Positions 47,163-56,630 of a DNA stretch of 64,000 nucleotides are shown here, one piece after another. The position numbers were made by a program, and so were the translations under genes. The notes beneath the pieces are model-generated. The model saw only the letters and a list, made by a program, of their open reading frames with translations, was not told the origin of the DNA and ran no database searches. The first letter of the stretch is position 1. Each line of letters begins with the position of its first letter. The stretch comes from a virus, in IMG/VR virus record IMGVR_UViG_3300031957_002677, positions 25,836 through 89,835 of that record, one strand, 5' to 3'.

Positions 47163-49558
47163 TCTCCATCACCCCCAAGAGTGTTTAGAAGAACGATTTC
47201 TCTCACATTTATCGACTCTTTGCATCCTGAAATTGTTGGAAATTCTGGATCATGTGGTGAGTTTGTGGGATTTGGAGATGGTGGTCCAAATGCCGATGTA
47301 ATTGGATCAAGATTTATAGTTTCAACTGAATTTAGAGGTTGAGGTTTTAATTGCTCGATTGGAGAAAGTTGCTCCAAAGGAAATGGGATGATTTGTTGTC
47401 TAGTATCTAAGATAGAAAGGTTATTATTATTATTTTGAATTGACGTACTTGATGAATTATTTGGGGTAAACGTTGGTTCTACTGTTCCTAAACTCTGTCT
47501 TGCTCCAGCAAAAACATCACTAAATGCAGAAGTTCCTCTTAGATCTGAAAAATCTATACCTGATATATTTAAATTAGTTCTGACACCCGATTCCTGATAA
47601 CTGGAGGCAGATTTACCAGTTACAGTATTTGAAACAGTTCCTTGAGATGTTGCTGATCTTGAATCCTTAGCATCTGCCCATCCAAATCCATCAAATATCA
47701 TAATTTTATTGCCAGATCCAGGCTTATTTTTCACAAGATCACCAGTTTTATATCCTCTAGTATTATCCTTTTCTTGATTATAATTTGGAATCTTATCGAG
47801 ATTAGGAAGAGAATAACCACCATAACTTCTCAGTCCATCAAAAGAGAGTGTATAGTTTGAAATCGTTTCATCTTTAATTGGACCCAATGGAGAATTATTC
47901 TTTGCCATATGGATAGTAAATCCACTACTTCCAGTTCCTAGATAATTTTTAGTAGCAACACTAAAATCTAGCATATGGTTATCGGAATGTCCTGCAACTC
48001 CAGGACCAACATCATTAACACGTACAACTGCCTTTTTGTCACCTTTGGTGACAACAACCTGGAATGGTTGTTTTAATGTTCTGCCTCCAGGGAAATTCTT
48101 TGCAGGAACTGTCATGTCTTTGGGAAGGAGTTTTAATAATGGTGGAAATGCTGCAGCAGAAAATACTTCAGGTCTATATCCTTCACCAGTAGAAGTAGCA
48201 GGTAGTCCATCAGCAGTTTTATATCCACTAGCATTTATTCCACCAAGTGATGGATCATAATAACTTGTCTTAGCATCAGACGCAATAACACTACCACCAC
48301 CTTGTGCATATGTGGTTCCACTCACTATTTTTGGTTTATTTGTACCACCACCAGCAGCATTGATAGATTCCATAAAATCACTACCAAACTTATCAACAGC
48401 ACCACGACTCATTACAAACTCACCTGGAGTGAGCATGGCAGGAACAGTGTCAGTTCCACGAGCCATACCACCACCAGAAAATCCTTCTCGTTCATTCAAA
48501 GAAGGTAGTAGACCTCTAGTAAATGTTTCCATAATACTACCAGGTTTTGATAGTTCATCTACTTGCTGCTTTGGAGTAGCATCAGTCAGACCTTTATCTT
48601 CTAGTTGCTGTTCAGTGCTATCCTTAGCCCTGAATGCTAAAGCACCAGCACCGATGGCAGTGGCAACCGCAGCAGCTGCAAGCGGATTCTTTGCTGCAAA
48701 TCTTATTAATGCAGGTATTGCTCTTCGTACTAAGAACGCAGTAAGTCTTGCCATTCCACTTACTACGGTTCTAATAAAATTACCCAATGGTGTAGCAAAC
48801 AATACAAATGCTGCAGTAAGTGCTGGCCACCAATCCTTCAAGAATCTACCAAGAGTATCAAGTTTTTTCTTATTCTTTGGATCTGACATCCAATCAATGA
48901 TCTTGATAAGAATTCTGCCCATAACCACATTCTTGATCCAATTAAATATTGCATCAAATATACTCAATTGAGGTAAAGCACCTTTTAATTTTTTAAGGAA
49001 ACCTTTTCCTTTCTTATCTTTTTCTAAAGAATCTTCTTTTGCTTTTCTTTTTTGCTTCTGAAGGTTCTTTCTTTCAATATCTCTGATACTCTTAGTTACA
49101 TTAAGTCTTTCCTTAATAAGACCTTTTATTGCAATAATATTCTTCAAGATACTTTCAAGAAGTCCTTGCGATTTATCTGCTTTTAATATATTTTGCTTCT
49201 GCTCAGTCTTAGATTCTTCTGCAGGTTCTTCTGCAGGTTTCTGATATGGAACAAGAGCAGAAGATGGACGTGCCTTTGCTCCAGATAATTTTGCTTTAGG
49301 TTTAAAAGAACTCTTGGATATTTTTGCTGTTTTTGCTCTGAACTTTGGATCTGCTGCTTTTCTTTTCTTTCTTACTGCTATAATTTCCTTTCTAAGAGCA
49401 GCACTACGTTCATCACCACTTCCTTTTGTCTGGAATTCAATAGTTGCTGCTGCCTCCATCAAGGCACTAAGATAATCTTCCTCACCAGAGAGGTTATCTA
49501 GGTCTACACCCATCTCTAAGAGTATTTCTAGTGGATCGGTAGTAGTCCTAGATGCCAT
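47159..49558 (-). CDS. tape-measure-like tail protein with RlpA-like (double-psi beta-barrel) lytic domain
   Basis: Coiled-coil N-half, GTDTVPAMLTPGEFVM, then TSYYDP...SAAA...VVRVNDVGP...LDFS. Confidence 0.7.
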   Translation of the reverse strand: MASRTTTDPLEILLEMGVDLDNLSGEEDYLSALMEAAATIEFQTKGSGDERSAALRKEIIAVRKKRKAADPKFRAKTAKISKSSFKPKAKLSGAKARPSSALVPYQKPAEEPAEESKTEQKQNILKADKSQGLLESILKNIIAIKGLIKERLNVTKSIRDIERKNLQKQKRKAKEDSLEKDKKGKGFLKKLKGALPQLSIFDAIFNWIKNVVMGRILIKIIDWMSDPKNKKKLDTLGRFLKDWWPALTAAFVLFATPLGNFIRTVVSGMARLTAFLVRRAIPALIRFAAKNPLAAAAVATAIGAGALAFRAKDSTEQQLEDKGLTDATPKQQVDELSKPGSIMETFTRGLLPSLNEREGFSGGGMARGTDTVPAMLTPGEFVMSRGAVDKFGSDFMESINAAGGGTNKPKIVSGTTYAQGGGSVIASDAKTSYYDPSLGGINASGYKTADGLPATSTGEGYRPEVFSAAAFPPLLKLLPKDMTVPAKNFPGGRTLKQPFQVVVTKGDKKAVVRVNDVGPGVAGHSDNHMLDFSVATKNYLGTGSSGFTIHMAKNNSPLGPIKDETISNYTLSFDGLRSYGGYSLPNLDKIPNYNQEKDNTRGYKTGDLVKNKPGSGNKIMIFDGFGWADAKDSRSATSQGTVSNTVTGKSASSYQESGVRTNLNISGIDFSDLRGTSAFSDVFAGARQSLGTVEPTFTPNNSSSTSIQNNNNNLSILDTRQQIIPFPLEQLSPIEQLKPQPLNSVETINLDPITSAFGPPSPNPTNSPHDPEFPTISGCKESINVREIVLLNTLGGDGE
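47498..47562. repeat. 65-bp direct repeat, copy 2
   Basis: Near-identical to 44121-44185. Confidence 0.9.
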
Positions 49559-49727
49559 TTGCTGTCTGCTGTTTTAACTTCTCTTCATCAAGATGTTGTT
49601 GAAGAAGCATAACATAGATGTCACGTTCGATCGGAATCATATTCTCGATCTCTGTTAATGAGTATTTATGGTACTGCATCAAGGCAAAATTGAGACGGAA
49701 ATAATTCTCAAGATCCATATGGATCAT
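49548..49727 (-). CDS. gp51: gp51-like baseplate hub assembly protein (59 aa, missed by ORF track)
   Basis: MIHMDLENYFRLNFALMQYHKYSLTEIENMIPIERDIYVMLLQQHLDEE...*. Confidence 0.8.
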   Translation of the reverse strand: MIHMDLENYFRLNFALMQYHKYSLTEIENMIPIERDIYVMLLQQHLDEEKLKQQTANGI

Positions 49728-49729
49728 GC

Positions 49730-50443
49730 CTATGCGAAAAAAGATGCTAGACCCTCAAGTACGACTTCACTTTCAACTTTTGTATTGGGATTTGTAATCT
49801 TTACGGTATGAGTTAGTTTGGGCATACTAGTAAAGAAATCTTCAATCTTTTTAAATTGTGTTGAATTCATTTGCTCAACGAACTCTAGAATTTCTTTCTT
49901 AGTGCAGTTTGCAGTTTCCCAAACTTCGTCTTCAGTATAAACTTTGTCAATACATGTTGCAATTAGATCAAAAGATCTATCTGCTTCAGTTTCGGTATCA
50001 AAGTTATCTTTAACGAACTGTGTTAGAGATGGATATGACATCTCAATCATAATAGTATCATCTAATCTAATCTGGGTATCATGACCCTTTTCCTTATGAA
50101 CTTCAATGTCCTCAACATTAATTTGGACAGTGACAGTACTCTCACCATCATCAGGACAAATCAAATTAACCTCAATATCTTCTCCAACAGACTTTCCACG
50201 AATGTTTAAGAATAGGTATTCAATATCAAAAGTTGGAAGTTTTTCAACTTTAATACCTTTTGTTTTGATACAGTTTTTAATAACAGTCTTCACTGCATTA
50301 CTAATCTGCTTCTGACTTTCAGATTCCAATGCATATAATAGGACCTTTTCTTCTTTAACTAGAAATGGTCTGTATTCAATCGTTTGTCCTGTTGAAGGCA
50401 ATTCCAACTCAAATGTTGGTGTAGCAATTGTTGGTAAAGGCAT
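49730..50443 (-). CDS. gp26: gp26-like baseplate hub / tail assembly chaperone
   Basis: MPLPTIATPTFELELPS, YRPFLVKEEK, FDIEYLFLNIRGKSVGE, LEGLASFF. Confidence 0.85.
   Translation of the reverse strand: MPLPTIATPTFELELPSTGQTIEYRPFLVKEEKVLLYALESESQKQISNAVKTVIKNCIKTKGIKVEKLPTFDIEYLFLNIRGKSVGEDIEVNLICPDDGESTVTVQINVEDIEVHKEKGHDTQIRLDDTIMIEMSYPSLTQFVKDNFDTETEADRSFDLIATCIDKVYTEDEVWETANCTKKEILEFVEQMNSTQFKKIEDFFTSMPKLTHTVKITNPNTKVESEVVLEGLASFFA
49736..49742 (-). other. candidate -1 ribosomal frameshift slippery site T TTT TTC
   Basis: ...GCA TCT TTT TTC GCA TAG; the -1 frame reads TTT CGC ATA GGC ATG into the gp51-like ORF. Confidence 0.6.
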
Positions 50444-50487
50444 AATAATCCAATAAAAAATTCAGGTTATATTTATTTATTATAGTT

Positions 50488-51270
50488 TTAGAAAAGTTGA
50501 ATCCCTGTGTCATCATTCCAAATGTTACTTGTAGCCCATTCTGGATTTAGATCAAAACTTGGAATCGAATAATCGTAATCAGAATTAGAATCGGACGATT
50601 TCGGTTTCTCTTGACCAGGAGAACTAGAATTACCTTGAATAGGTGTGGTGAAGTATTTTTGATAATCCATCGTTACAGTCATTGTCAATAAATCAGTTGG
50701 TCCCTGAGATATTGGAATACTTGTAATAGCAATCGGAAATGCATTTAAAAAAGTATATTGTAGTGTTTTTTTAGATCCCGATGAAGAGAAACTATCCTTT
50801 TCATACTTAACAATGGATAAATTTTGACACATATAATCATTTGTAAAAGGGACTCTATAACTTTCGTTGATCTGATCCCTATTATAAAAGTTTTGTGTAT
50901 CATTTTCACCACCAATATATCCCATCCATCCTTCAAATAATCTTAAGAGAGTGTATTCTCTATCAATAGCAAACGTAAAATCAATTCTACCATCAAATTG
51001 TCTACGATATACATGTCTCTCAGTAATTCCAGAATAATCATTAGTAATTTCATGAGTTACAAGACTAGAACCTGGCAACGTTGTATCAATACAAGAGATT
51101 TCTACTAAATTTTGATACTGAAATCTATCAACTCCATACTTTGATTTTACAAAATTTTCTGCTACCGCGGGCATTGTAAAGAATACATGATAAAAATTAG
51201 TGGATGCGTAATTACCCATCCTGGCTTTAACATCAGCCATACTAAATTTTTTTGGTCCAGTGGCTGCCAT
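50488..51270 (-). CDS. tail-tube-fold protein (gp54/gp19-like tube initiator)
   Basis: LPGSSL, FEGWM, YTFLNAFPIAITSIPI tube-protein motifs. Confidence 0.65.
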   Translation of the reverse strand: MAATGPKKFSMADVKARMGNYASTNFYHVFFTMPAVAENFVKSKYGVDRFQYQNLVEISCIDTTLPGSSLVTHEITNDYSGITERHVYRRQFDGRIDFTFAIDREYTLLRLFEGWMGYIGGENDTQNFYNRDQINESYRVPFTNDYMCQNLSIVKYEKDSFSSSGSKKTLQYTFLNAFPIAITSIPISQGPTDLLTMTVTMDYQKYFTTPIQGNSSSPGQEKPKSSDSNSDYDYSIPSFDLNPEWATSNIWNDDTGIQLF

Positions 51271-51275
51271 TACAC

Positions 51276-51283
51276 TATAAATA
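51276..51283 (+). promoter_or_regulatory. T4 late promoter (perfect TATAAATA)
   Basis: TATAAATA 30 nt upstream of gp4. Confidence 0.8.
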
Positions 51284-51312
51284 AAGATACTTCGTTATAC
51301 TATGTATAAGAG

Positions 51313-51762
51313 ATGTCTAAAAGCATCAAGAGCAGATATAAACCTTCCAACCCACAAAAATATGTAGGTGATGTAAATAATATAATTTGTAGAAGTTCAT
51401 GGGAAAGAAGATTCTGCAATTGGTGTGATAGTAATGAAAGTATTTTAGAATGGGGTAGTGAAGAGTTTTGGATACCCTATCGTTCTCCCGTTGATAATCG
51501 AGTTCACAAATACTTCCCAGATTTTTTCGTTAAGGTTCGTGAAAGAAACGGAATGATTAAAAAGTATGTGATTGAAGTGAAACCACATAAACAAACACAA
51601 CAACCTAACCCAAAACCAAAACGTAAGACTAAATCATGGTTGTATGAAGTAAAGACATACGCAGTAAACCAAGCAAAGTGGAGAGCAGCAACAGAATTTT
51701 GTGCTGATCGTTTACTTGAATTCAAAATCATAACAGAAAACGAACTTGGCATTAAGAGATGA
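51313..51762 (+). CDS. gp4: head completion nuclease gp4
   Basis: NPQKYVGD, RSSWE, WGSEE, YFPDF, IEVKP, NQAKW, FKIITE. Confidence 0.9.
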   Translation: MSKSIKSRYKPSNPQKYVGDVNNIICRSSWERRFCNWCDSNESILEWGSEEFWIPYRSPVDNRVHKYFPDFFVKVRERNGMIKKYVIEVKPHKQTQQPNPKPKRKTKSWLYEVKTYAVNQAKWRAATEFCADRLLEFKIITENELGIKR

Positions 51763-52106
51763 ACCGAACCGCAGAATTGGGAGAACTAATCGATACTTTT
51801 TCTGATCCCGATGATTATATGACTGCCGTTCTTGAAGTATTCACTGAGTCTGACTATATTCCAGAAGCAGGAAATTATTATACATTTGTTTATCTCGCAA
51901 AAACTCCCAACATTATTTACGATCAGCATCCATTAATTGCCTGTACTTCTGTTCAGTCTTGGGGATTCACTGGTTTGAACTTTCATTTAGGTATGCCAAG
52001 ACGATATACTTGGCAAGAAGTTATTGGTAAAGTTCATCGGGTATATAATGAAGAGATTGAATATATGAAATCAATTCCATATCAAAAAACAATCCTAAAT
52101 AGCTGA
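51759..52106 (+). CDS. short gp2-like (DNA end protector-like) protein
   Basis: YTFVYLAKT, YDQHPLI, GFTGLNFH; position after gp4. Confidence 0.5.
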   Translation: MNRTAELGELIDTFSDPDDYMTAVLEVFTESDYIPEAGNYYTFVYLAKTPNIIYDQHPLIACTSVQSWGFTGLNFHLGMPRRYTWQEVIGKVHRVYNEEIEYMKSIPYQKTILNS

Positions 52107-52123
52107 ATAACAGCATCCACTAG

Positions 52124-53563
52124 ATGACATACCAAGAGAAAAAACAACATACTCTTAGTCTCGATATTGATGTGGGCAAGGGTTCTAAAGTACAAAATAA
52201 AAAATTTAATATACCAATAACCTATAAGTTTCCAACTTCAACTGATGGTGGAGCAGATCAACTAGTAAAACAAGATGGTGGATATGAAATTTATACAACT
52301 ATTGATGGTACAGAAACATTAATTGGAACGGGTGGATCAGTTAAAGCTAACGGGCAGATTACTATTACAGACAAAGAAGCATTACTACAATCTACACAAG
52401 AACTTCCTGGTGGTCAGGATGTAACTCAGTCAAACTTAAATTATGCGATGGCTAATGGTGGGAATCAAAATTTGCAAACAAATGGGAAAGAAAAAAGAAA
52501 TGATAATTTAACACTTGAACAACAGACAAAATTAGTAACTAGTAGTGCATTAGATGAAGGAGAAATAGAAGCAAACGGTTTAACTGTTACAGATGTTAAA
52601 TCTTCAGAAGAAATTGATAGTACTGGTTCTGATACGGATACTGATGGTGAAACAAATGAAGGTGCAAATCAGGAAACTGCATCTTCTGGTCTAAATCCAA
52701 TAAAATTCCAAACAAGTTCTCAGGATTTTGGTACGATGCAGTTTCCTGAAAAAATGGATAGACTGGAGCAAGATTATATAAAATTTAGAACTTATAGGTA
52801 TGAACCACAGACATTTAAAAATGCCGCGCAGATTGGTTTTTCCGATGTAGTCCCTGGTAAATTAGAAGGCACGTGCTATTTGTCAGTATCAGGTGGTGCT
52901 GAAGATGCCAATGCTGTTGGTTGGGGAAATAATGAAGTAAATCCTTTAAAAGCATTTGCATATGAGGCAGCTTATAATGCCATTATTGATGGTGGAAATG
53001 GTCTTGGCAAATCTTTAGAAAATGCAAAAAACACTCTTGCAGGTAAGAGTACAGAAGCAAAGAAATTTATTGCGATGCAGGCTGCTCAAGGAGCATCTCA
53101 AACAACAAATATGCTCTCTAGAACTAGTGGTGGTATTTTAAATCCAAATATGGTTTTACTATTCCAAAAACCAGAGTTAAGAAATTTTTCGTTCACATAT
53201 CAATTACGTCCAAGAAACTCTGCTGAGGCAGTGATGGTTAGAAGAATTATTAGAATGTTTAAGCAATCAATGTCAGTGAGAAAAGAATCAACAAATCTTT
53301 TCTTGCTGGCACCAAACGTATACAAGATTTCTTATCATCGAGGTGGAACGTCAGATAGTGGGAATCACCCATCAATTGGGAGACCTAAAATTTGTGCTTT
53401 AAAATCTGTAAATGTTAATTATATTCCTGATGGAAGTTATATGACTTTCAACGATTCTGCAGCAACGATGACTGCATACTCTATGTCATTATCGTTTACC
53501 GAAATGGAACCACTATTTTATGACGATTACGACGGCATACCTACAGACCAAATAGGATTCTAA
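52124..53563 (+). CDS. gp48: baseplate tail-tube cap gp48
   Basis: NPNMVLLFQKPELRNFSFTYQLRPRN.AEA, VNYIPDG, LSFTEMEP; CTAAATA at 52095. Confidence 0.85.
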   Translation: MTYQEKKQHTLSLDIDVGKGSKVQNKKFNIPITYKFPTSTDGGADQLVKQDGGYEIYTTIDGTETLIGTGGSVKANGQITITDKEALLQSTQELPGGQDVTQSNLNYAMANGGNQNLQTNGKEKRNDNLTLEQQTKLVTSSALDEGEIEANGLTVTDVKSSEEIDSTGSDTDTDGETNEGANQETASSGLNPIKFQTSSQDFGTMQFPEKMDRLEQDYIKFRTYRYEPQTFKNAAQIGFSDVVPGKLEGTCYLSVSGGAEDANAVGWGNNEVNPLKAFAYEAAYNAIIDGGNGLGKSLENAKNTLAGKSTEAKKFIAMQAAQGASQTTNMLSRTSGGILNPNMVLLFQKPELRNFSFTYQLRPRNSAEAVMVRRIIRMFKQSMSVRKESTNLFLLAPNVYKISYHRGGTSDSGNHPSIGRPKICALKSVNVNYIPDGSYMTFNDSAATMTAYSMSLSFTEMEPLFYDDYDGIPTDQIGF

Positions 53564-53565
53564 TC

Positions 53566-54219
53566 ATGGCAAACTACTTTAAAAGACTACCAAACATAAA
53601 GTATCAAAATCTTTTGGAATTAGATTCTCCAGGATTAAAAGTTGATGCTAAAAATATTTTTAGAAGAGCAAAACTTAGAGAGGACATTTTAAGTCAAACA
53701 ACTTTCTTTGAAGATTATTTTATTGTTGGTGATGAAAGACCAGACAATGTTGCACAAAAAGTTTATGGTGATTCTGATTTAGACTGGGTAGTTTTAATTA
53801 CTAATAATATTTTAAATATCCAGAACGAATGGCCAATGCCGACAAATTTATATAATGATTACCTATTAGAAAAATATGGAAGTTATGAAGAAATATATGA
53901 AATTCATCATTATGAATCTAAGAGAATAAAAAATTCTAATGGCACAATAGTTTTTCCAGAAAAACTTATTGTTCAAGAAAACCATACAGTTGAATATTAT
54001 GATGGCAATTTAGATCAACACGTAACTATTTCTGACTGTTCTTCTCCAATAACAAACTACACATATGAAGAAAGAATCCAAGAACAAAAAAGAGTAATCA
54101 GGATACTAAAACCATTATACTTAAATATTGTATTTGAAGATATTGATGAGATTATGTCATATAGAAAGGGTTCCACTGGTTTTATCAGCAGAACCCTTAA
54201 AGATACAGAATCTATTTAA
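53566..54219 (+). CDS. gp53: baseplate wedge subunit gp53
   Basis: YFKRLPNI, DERPDNVAQKVYGD..LDWVVL..N, EWP, HHYE, IRILKP. Confidence 0.9.
   Translation: MANYFKRLPNIKYQNLLELDSPGLKVDAKNIFRRAKLREDILSQTTFFEDYFIVGDERPDNVAQKVYGDSDLDWVVLITNNILNIQNEWPMPTNLYNDYLLEKYGSYEEIYEIHHYESKRIKNSNGTIVFPEKLIVQENHTVEYYDGNLDQHVTISDCSSPITNYTYEERIQEQKRVIRILKPLYLNIVFEDIDEIMSYRKGSTGFISRTLKDTESI
54161..54200 (-). terminator. intrinsic terminator for the gp32 transcript, embedded in the gp53 3' end
   Basis: Minus strand AAGGGTTC-TGCTGATAAAACCAGTG-GAACCCTT followed by TTCTAT. Confidence 0.5.
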
Positions 54220-54249
54220 ATATTAGACCATAATAAGTTGCAACAACTA

Positions 54250-54270
54250 AGAGGGTTAAGCAAACCCTCT
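54250..54270. terminator. hairpin between convergent gp53 and gp32
   Basis: AGAGGGTT-AAGCA-AACCCTCT. Confidence 0.45.
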
Positions 54271-54282
54271 CATAAGTCCACC

Positions 54283-55212
54283 TCAATCTTCTTCAGCAAG
54301 TTTCTGGAAGAATGAGAGTGCATCATCCTCTTCTGTGGTTGTTTCCAGAGACGGTTCAGGTGCAGGAGTTGGAGCAGAATTGAACTTAGGAGTGAAAGAA
54401 GGTTCTGCTACACGGTTCTGAGCACGGAAGTCTTCCTCTTCCTCTACAGTTTCCTGATCTTGGAAACGAGGAGTACCTTTGTTACCTAGAACGTAGTCAA
54501 GACGCTTCTTTAGATCCTCATAAGTCTTGAACTGATCTGCTGCAACCAATGCGGAAAGAGAATATTCTTTCTTCCAGATTGCTTCTAGTGCATCATCATC
54601 ATTTAGTAGGGCACCAGGACGATCAAACTCAGAAGAATCATAGTTCCAGTAACCTGCAACTTTCTTGATCTTCAGTTTGAAGTTGGCACCCTGCCAGAAA
54701 TCAAAAGGATTGATGGGTTGCTCATCTTCAAACTCGGGTTGCATTGCTTCCATGATCTTATCAAAGATCTTCTTACCGAACTTATAGAGGAAGACTTGAC
54801 CTTCGTTAGAAGGATTTGCAGTGTCCTTGACAACATAGATGTTGGCATAGTAGGACAATTTACGTTTTTGCTTACGGACAGTTTCCTTATCTGCTTCATT
54901 ACCACTGTTCCAGAGTTCACGATTATACTCAGAGACAGGATCCTTCTGACCGATAGTAGTGAGAGAGTTTTCAATAAACCATCCACCAGGACCTTGGAAA
55001 GCATGTGAATACATCTTTGCCCATGGGAGATCTTCACCATCAGGTGCAGGAAGAAAACGAATTACGGCATAACCATTACCAGACTTATCAAGTTCTGGTT
55101 TCCAGAGACGGTCATCTCCACCACTTTTGGTGCTCATTTTTTCTACTTCCTTGACCAGTTTAGAGGTCAGAGAACCAAGAGATGATTGCTTTTTTAGATT
55201 TGAAAAGGACAT
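54283..55212 (-). CDS. gp32: single-stranded DNA-binding protein gp32
   Basis: DDRLWKP.LDKSGNGYAVIRFLP, HAFQGPGGWFIEN, KRKLSYYANI, GKKIFDKI, acidic C-tail. Confidence 0.97.
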   Translation of the reverse strand: MSFSNLKKQSSLGSLTSKLVKEVEKMSTKSGGDDRLWKPELDKSGNGYAVIRFLPAPDGEDLPWAKMYSHAFQGPGGWFIENSLTTIGQKDPVSEYNRELWNSGNEADKETVRKQKRKLSYYANIYVVKDTANPSNEGQVFLYKFGKKIFDKIMEAMQPEFEDEQPINPFDFWQGANFKLKIKKVAGYWNYDSSEFDRPGALLNDDDALEAIWKKEYSLSALVAADQFKTYEDLKKRLDYVLGNKGTPRFQDQETVEEEEDFRAQNRVAEPSFTPKFNSAPTPAPEPSLETTTEEDDALSFFQKLAEED

Positions 55213-55282
55213 TTGGATTACCTCGGTGTGTTTGTATTGTGGCTTGTGTGCTCTGCTATTATAGCAGGCATCTTATTTAGTG

Positions 55283-55621
55283 TCAATCGATTTCCTTAAT
55301 CAATTGCTCCTTGAGATTGCCAATCAACTGAGACATATTAGCAAAGAGTGCGTTCATGTCAACGTCTTCAGGCAGACCCATCATCGTTGCAGAGTCCTGA
55401 ATTCTTAGTTTCATATTCAATGCATCTGGATCGTCCGATAATGCAAGTCTCATATAAAGAATTTTCTGCTTCTCCATAAGCATCTCAAGATCATTAATAT
55501 GTCTTAGTTTATATTCTCTATCCAGACTTGGAAAAGTAAATACGTTTGAATAAACTTGTTCTTGCAACTTAGAGATCTCTTTCATCTCATTTTGCACAAG
55601 TTCTGAGTCAAAGAAAGTCAT
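55283..55621 (-). CDS. DUF1825-like cyanobacterial/cyanophage protein
   Basis: FFDSELVQ.E, KQKILYMRLALSDDPDA. Confidence 0.75.
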   Translation of the reverse strand: MTFFDSELVQNEMKEISKLQEQVYSNVFTFPSLDREYKLRHINDLEMLMEKQKILYMRLALSDDPDALNMKLRIQDSATMMGLPEDVDMNALFANMSQLIGNLKEQLIKEID

Positions 55622-56214
55622 AGTACTATCTCCTTTAGTATTTTTTTATATTTAAAGATATCGATATTTAGGAAAGGAATATACTTTTTGATCCGCAAAC
55701 TAGTCAATTCCCATACTGGATCTTTCAAAGACTTGTCAAAGTGCTTCTTATATCCTAAGATCTTTTCTAAAATTACTAGTGATTCAATAGAAATATCACC
55801 ACACAAATGCTTCTTTAGAATGATTGGATGACCATTCTTTACAGAAAACAATGAGTCAAAGTCTTTATTCTCAACGAGACCTTGAACTTCCTCCCTGAAA
55901 ATATATGACAGAGATTGATTCCTCTTCTGCCACTTATTATAGTTTGTCTGACCAGAACGAATAATCTCACCTATCCATAAAGTTTGTGGATCATCACACG
56001 AAATGAAGTTAGAGACAAAAAAGTCCCTAACTTCATCATCATCTTTCTGTCTAGAAATTTTTTCAAACCAGTATCTGTCTTTCCTTTTATAGAAGGAGTT
56101 TAGAGTTGCTCTAGTCTTTCCACAATATTTGTGATAGTCGAAACTATCTTTTGTGAAATGATTCTTCAGAGCAACATAGGTTTTATAACAATCAAATGGA
56201 GTCATCTTTATCAT
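55618..56214 (-). CDS. gp59: helicase loader gp59
   Basis: YKTYVALKNHFT..SFDYHKY.GK, FYKRKDRYWFEK; upstream of gp32. Confidence 0.9.
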   Translation of the reverse strand: MIKMTPFDCYKTYVALKNHFTKDSFDYHKYCGKTRATLNSFYKRKDRYWFEKISRQKDDDEVRDFFVSNFISCDDPQTLWIGEIIRSGQTNYNKWQKRNQSLSYIFREEVQGLVENKDFDSLFSVKNGHPIILKKHLCGDISIESLVILEKILGYKKHFDKSLKDPVWELTSLRIKKYIPFLNIDIFKYKKILKEIVL

Positions 56215-56287
56215 TTTATAAAAAACCCGACGCGTGAAAAATTTTGGGGATTTTTTTGCGACCTTTTTTGGATTTAAAAGTCGATTT

Positions 56288-56581
56288 TCAAATTGAGAGT
56301 TTAGCTCTACTAGTTCTCTTTAGGAAGTTAAGTTCCATTGCTTCGTATTTAATTTTTTCTTTTAACGGTTTTGAGATTAGTTTAGGAATAGATTCAACAT
56401 CTATCTTATTAAGTTCACAGAAATGCATTACACTATCAATGTAACTCATATCAGAATTCTTGGTATAGATTTCTTCAATATCCTGCGACACTTTTGCCTG
56501 AGAATAGAATTTATTTTCTAATTCCTTATTTAACTCTTCGTTTTCTTTCTTCGGCATAACATCGGAAAAGATCGATAACAT
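56288..56581 (-). CDS. gp33: late transcription coactivator gp33
   Basis: YIDSVMHFCE.N.IDVESIPKLISKPLKEKIKYEAMELNFL; start probably the internal MPKK. Confidence 0.9.
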   Translation of the reverse strand: MLSIFSDVMPKKENEELNKELENKFYSQAKVSQDIEEIYTKNSDMSYIDSVMHFCELNKIDVESIPKLISKPLKEKIKYEAMELNFLKRTSRAKLSI

Positions 56582-56630
56582 ATAATAAAATTAAGTCGTG
56601 GGTATATTATAACATTAGATATACTAAAGG

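Noticed and set aside
48312-48971. 219-aa plus-strand ORF and the other plus-strand ORFs antisense to long minus-strand genes
   Set aside because: Shadow ORFs of the coding strand, with no recognisable motifs or expression signals
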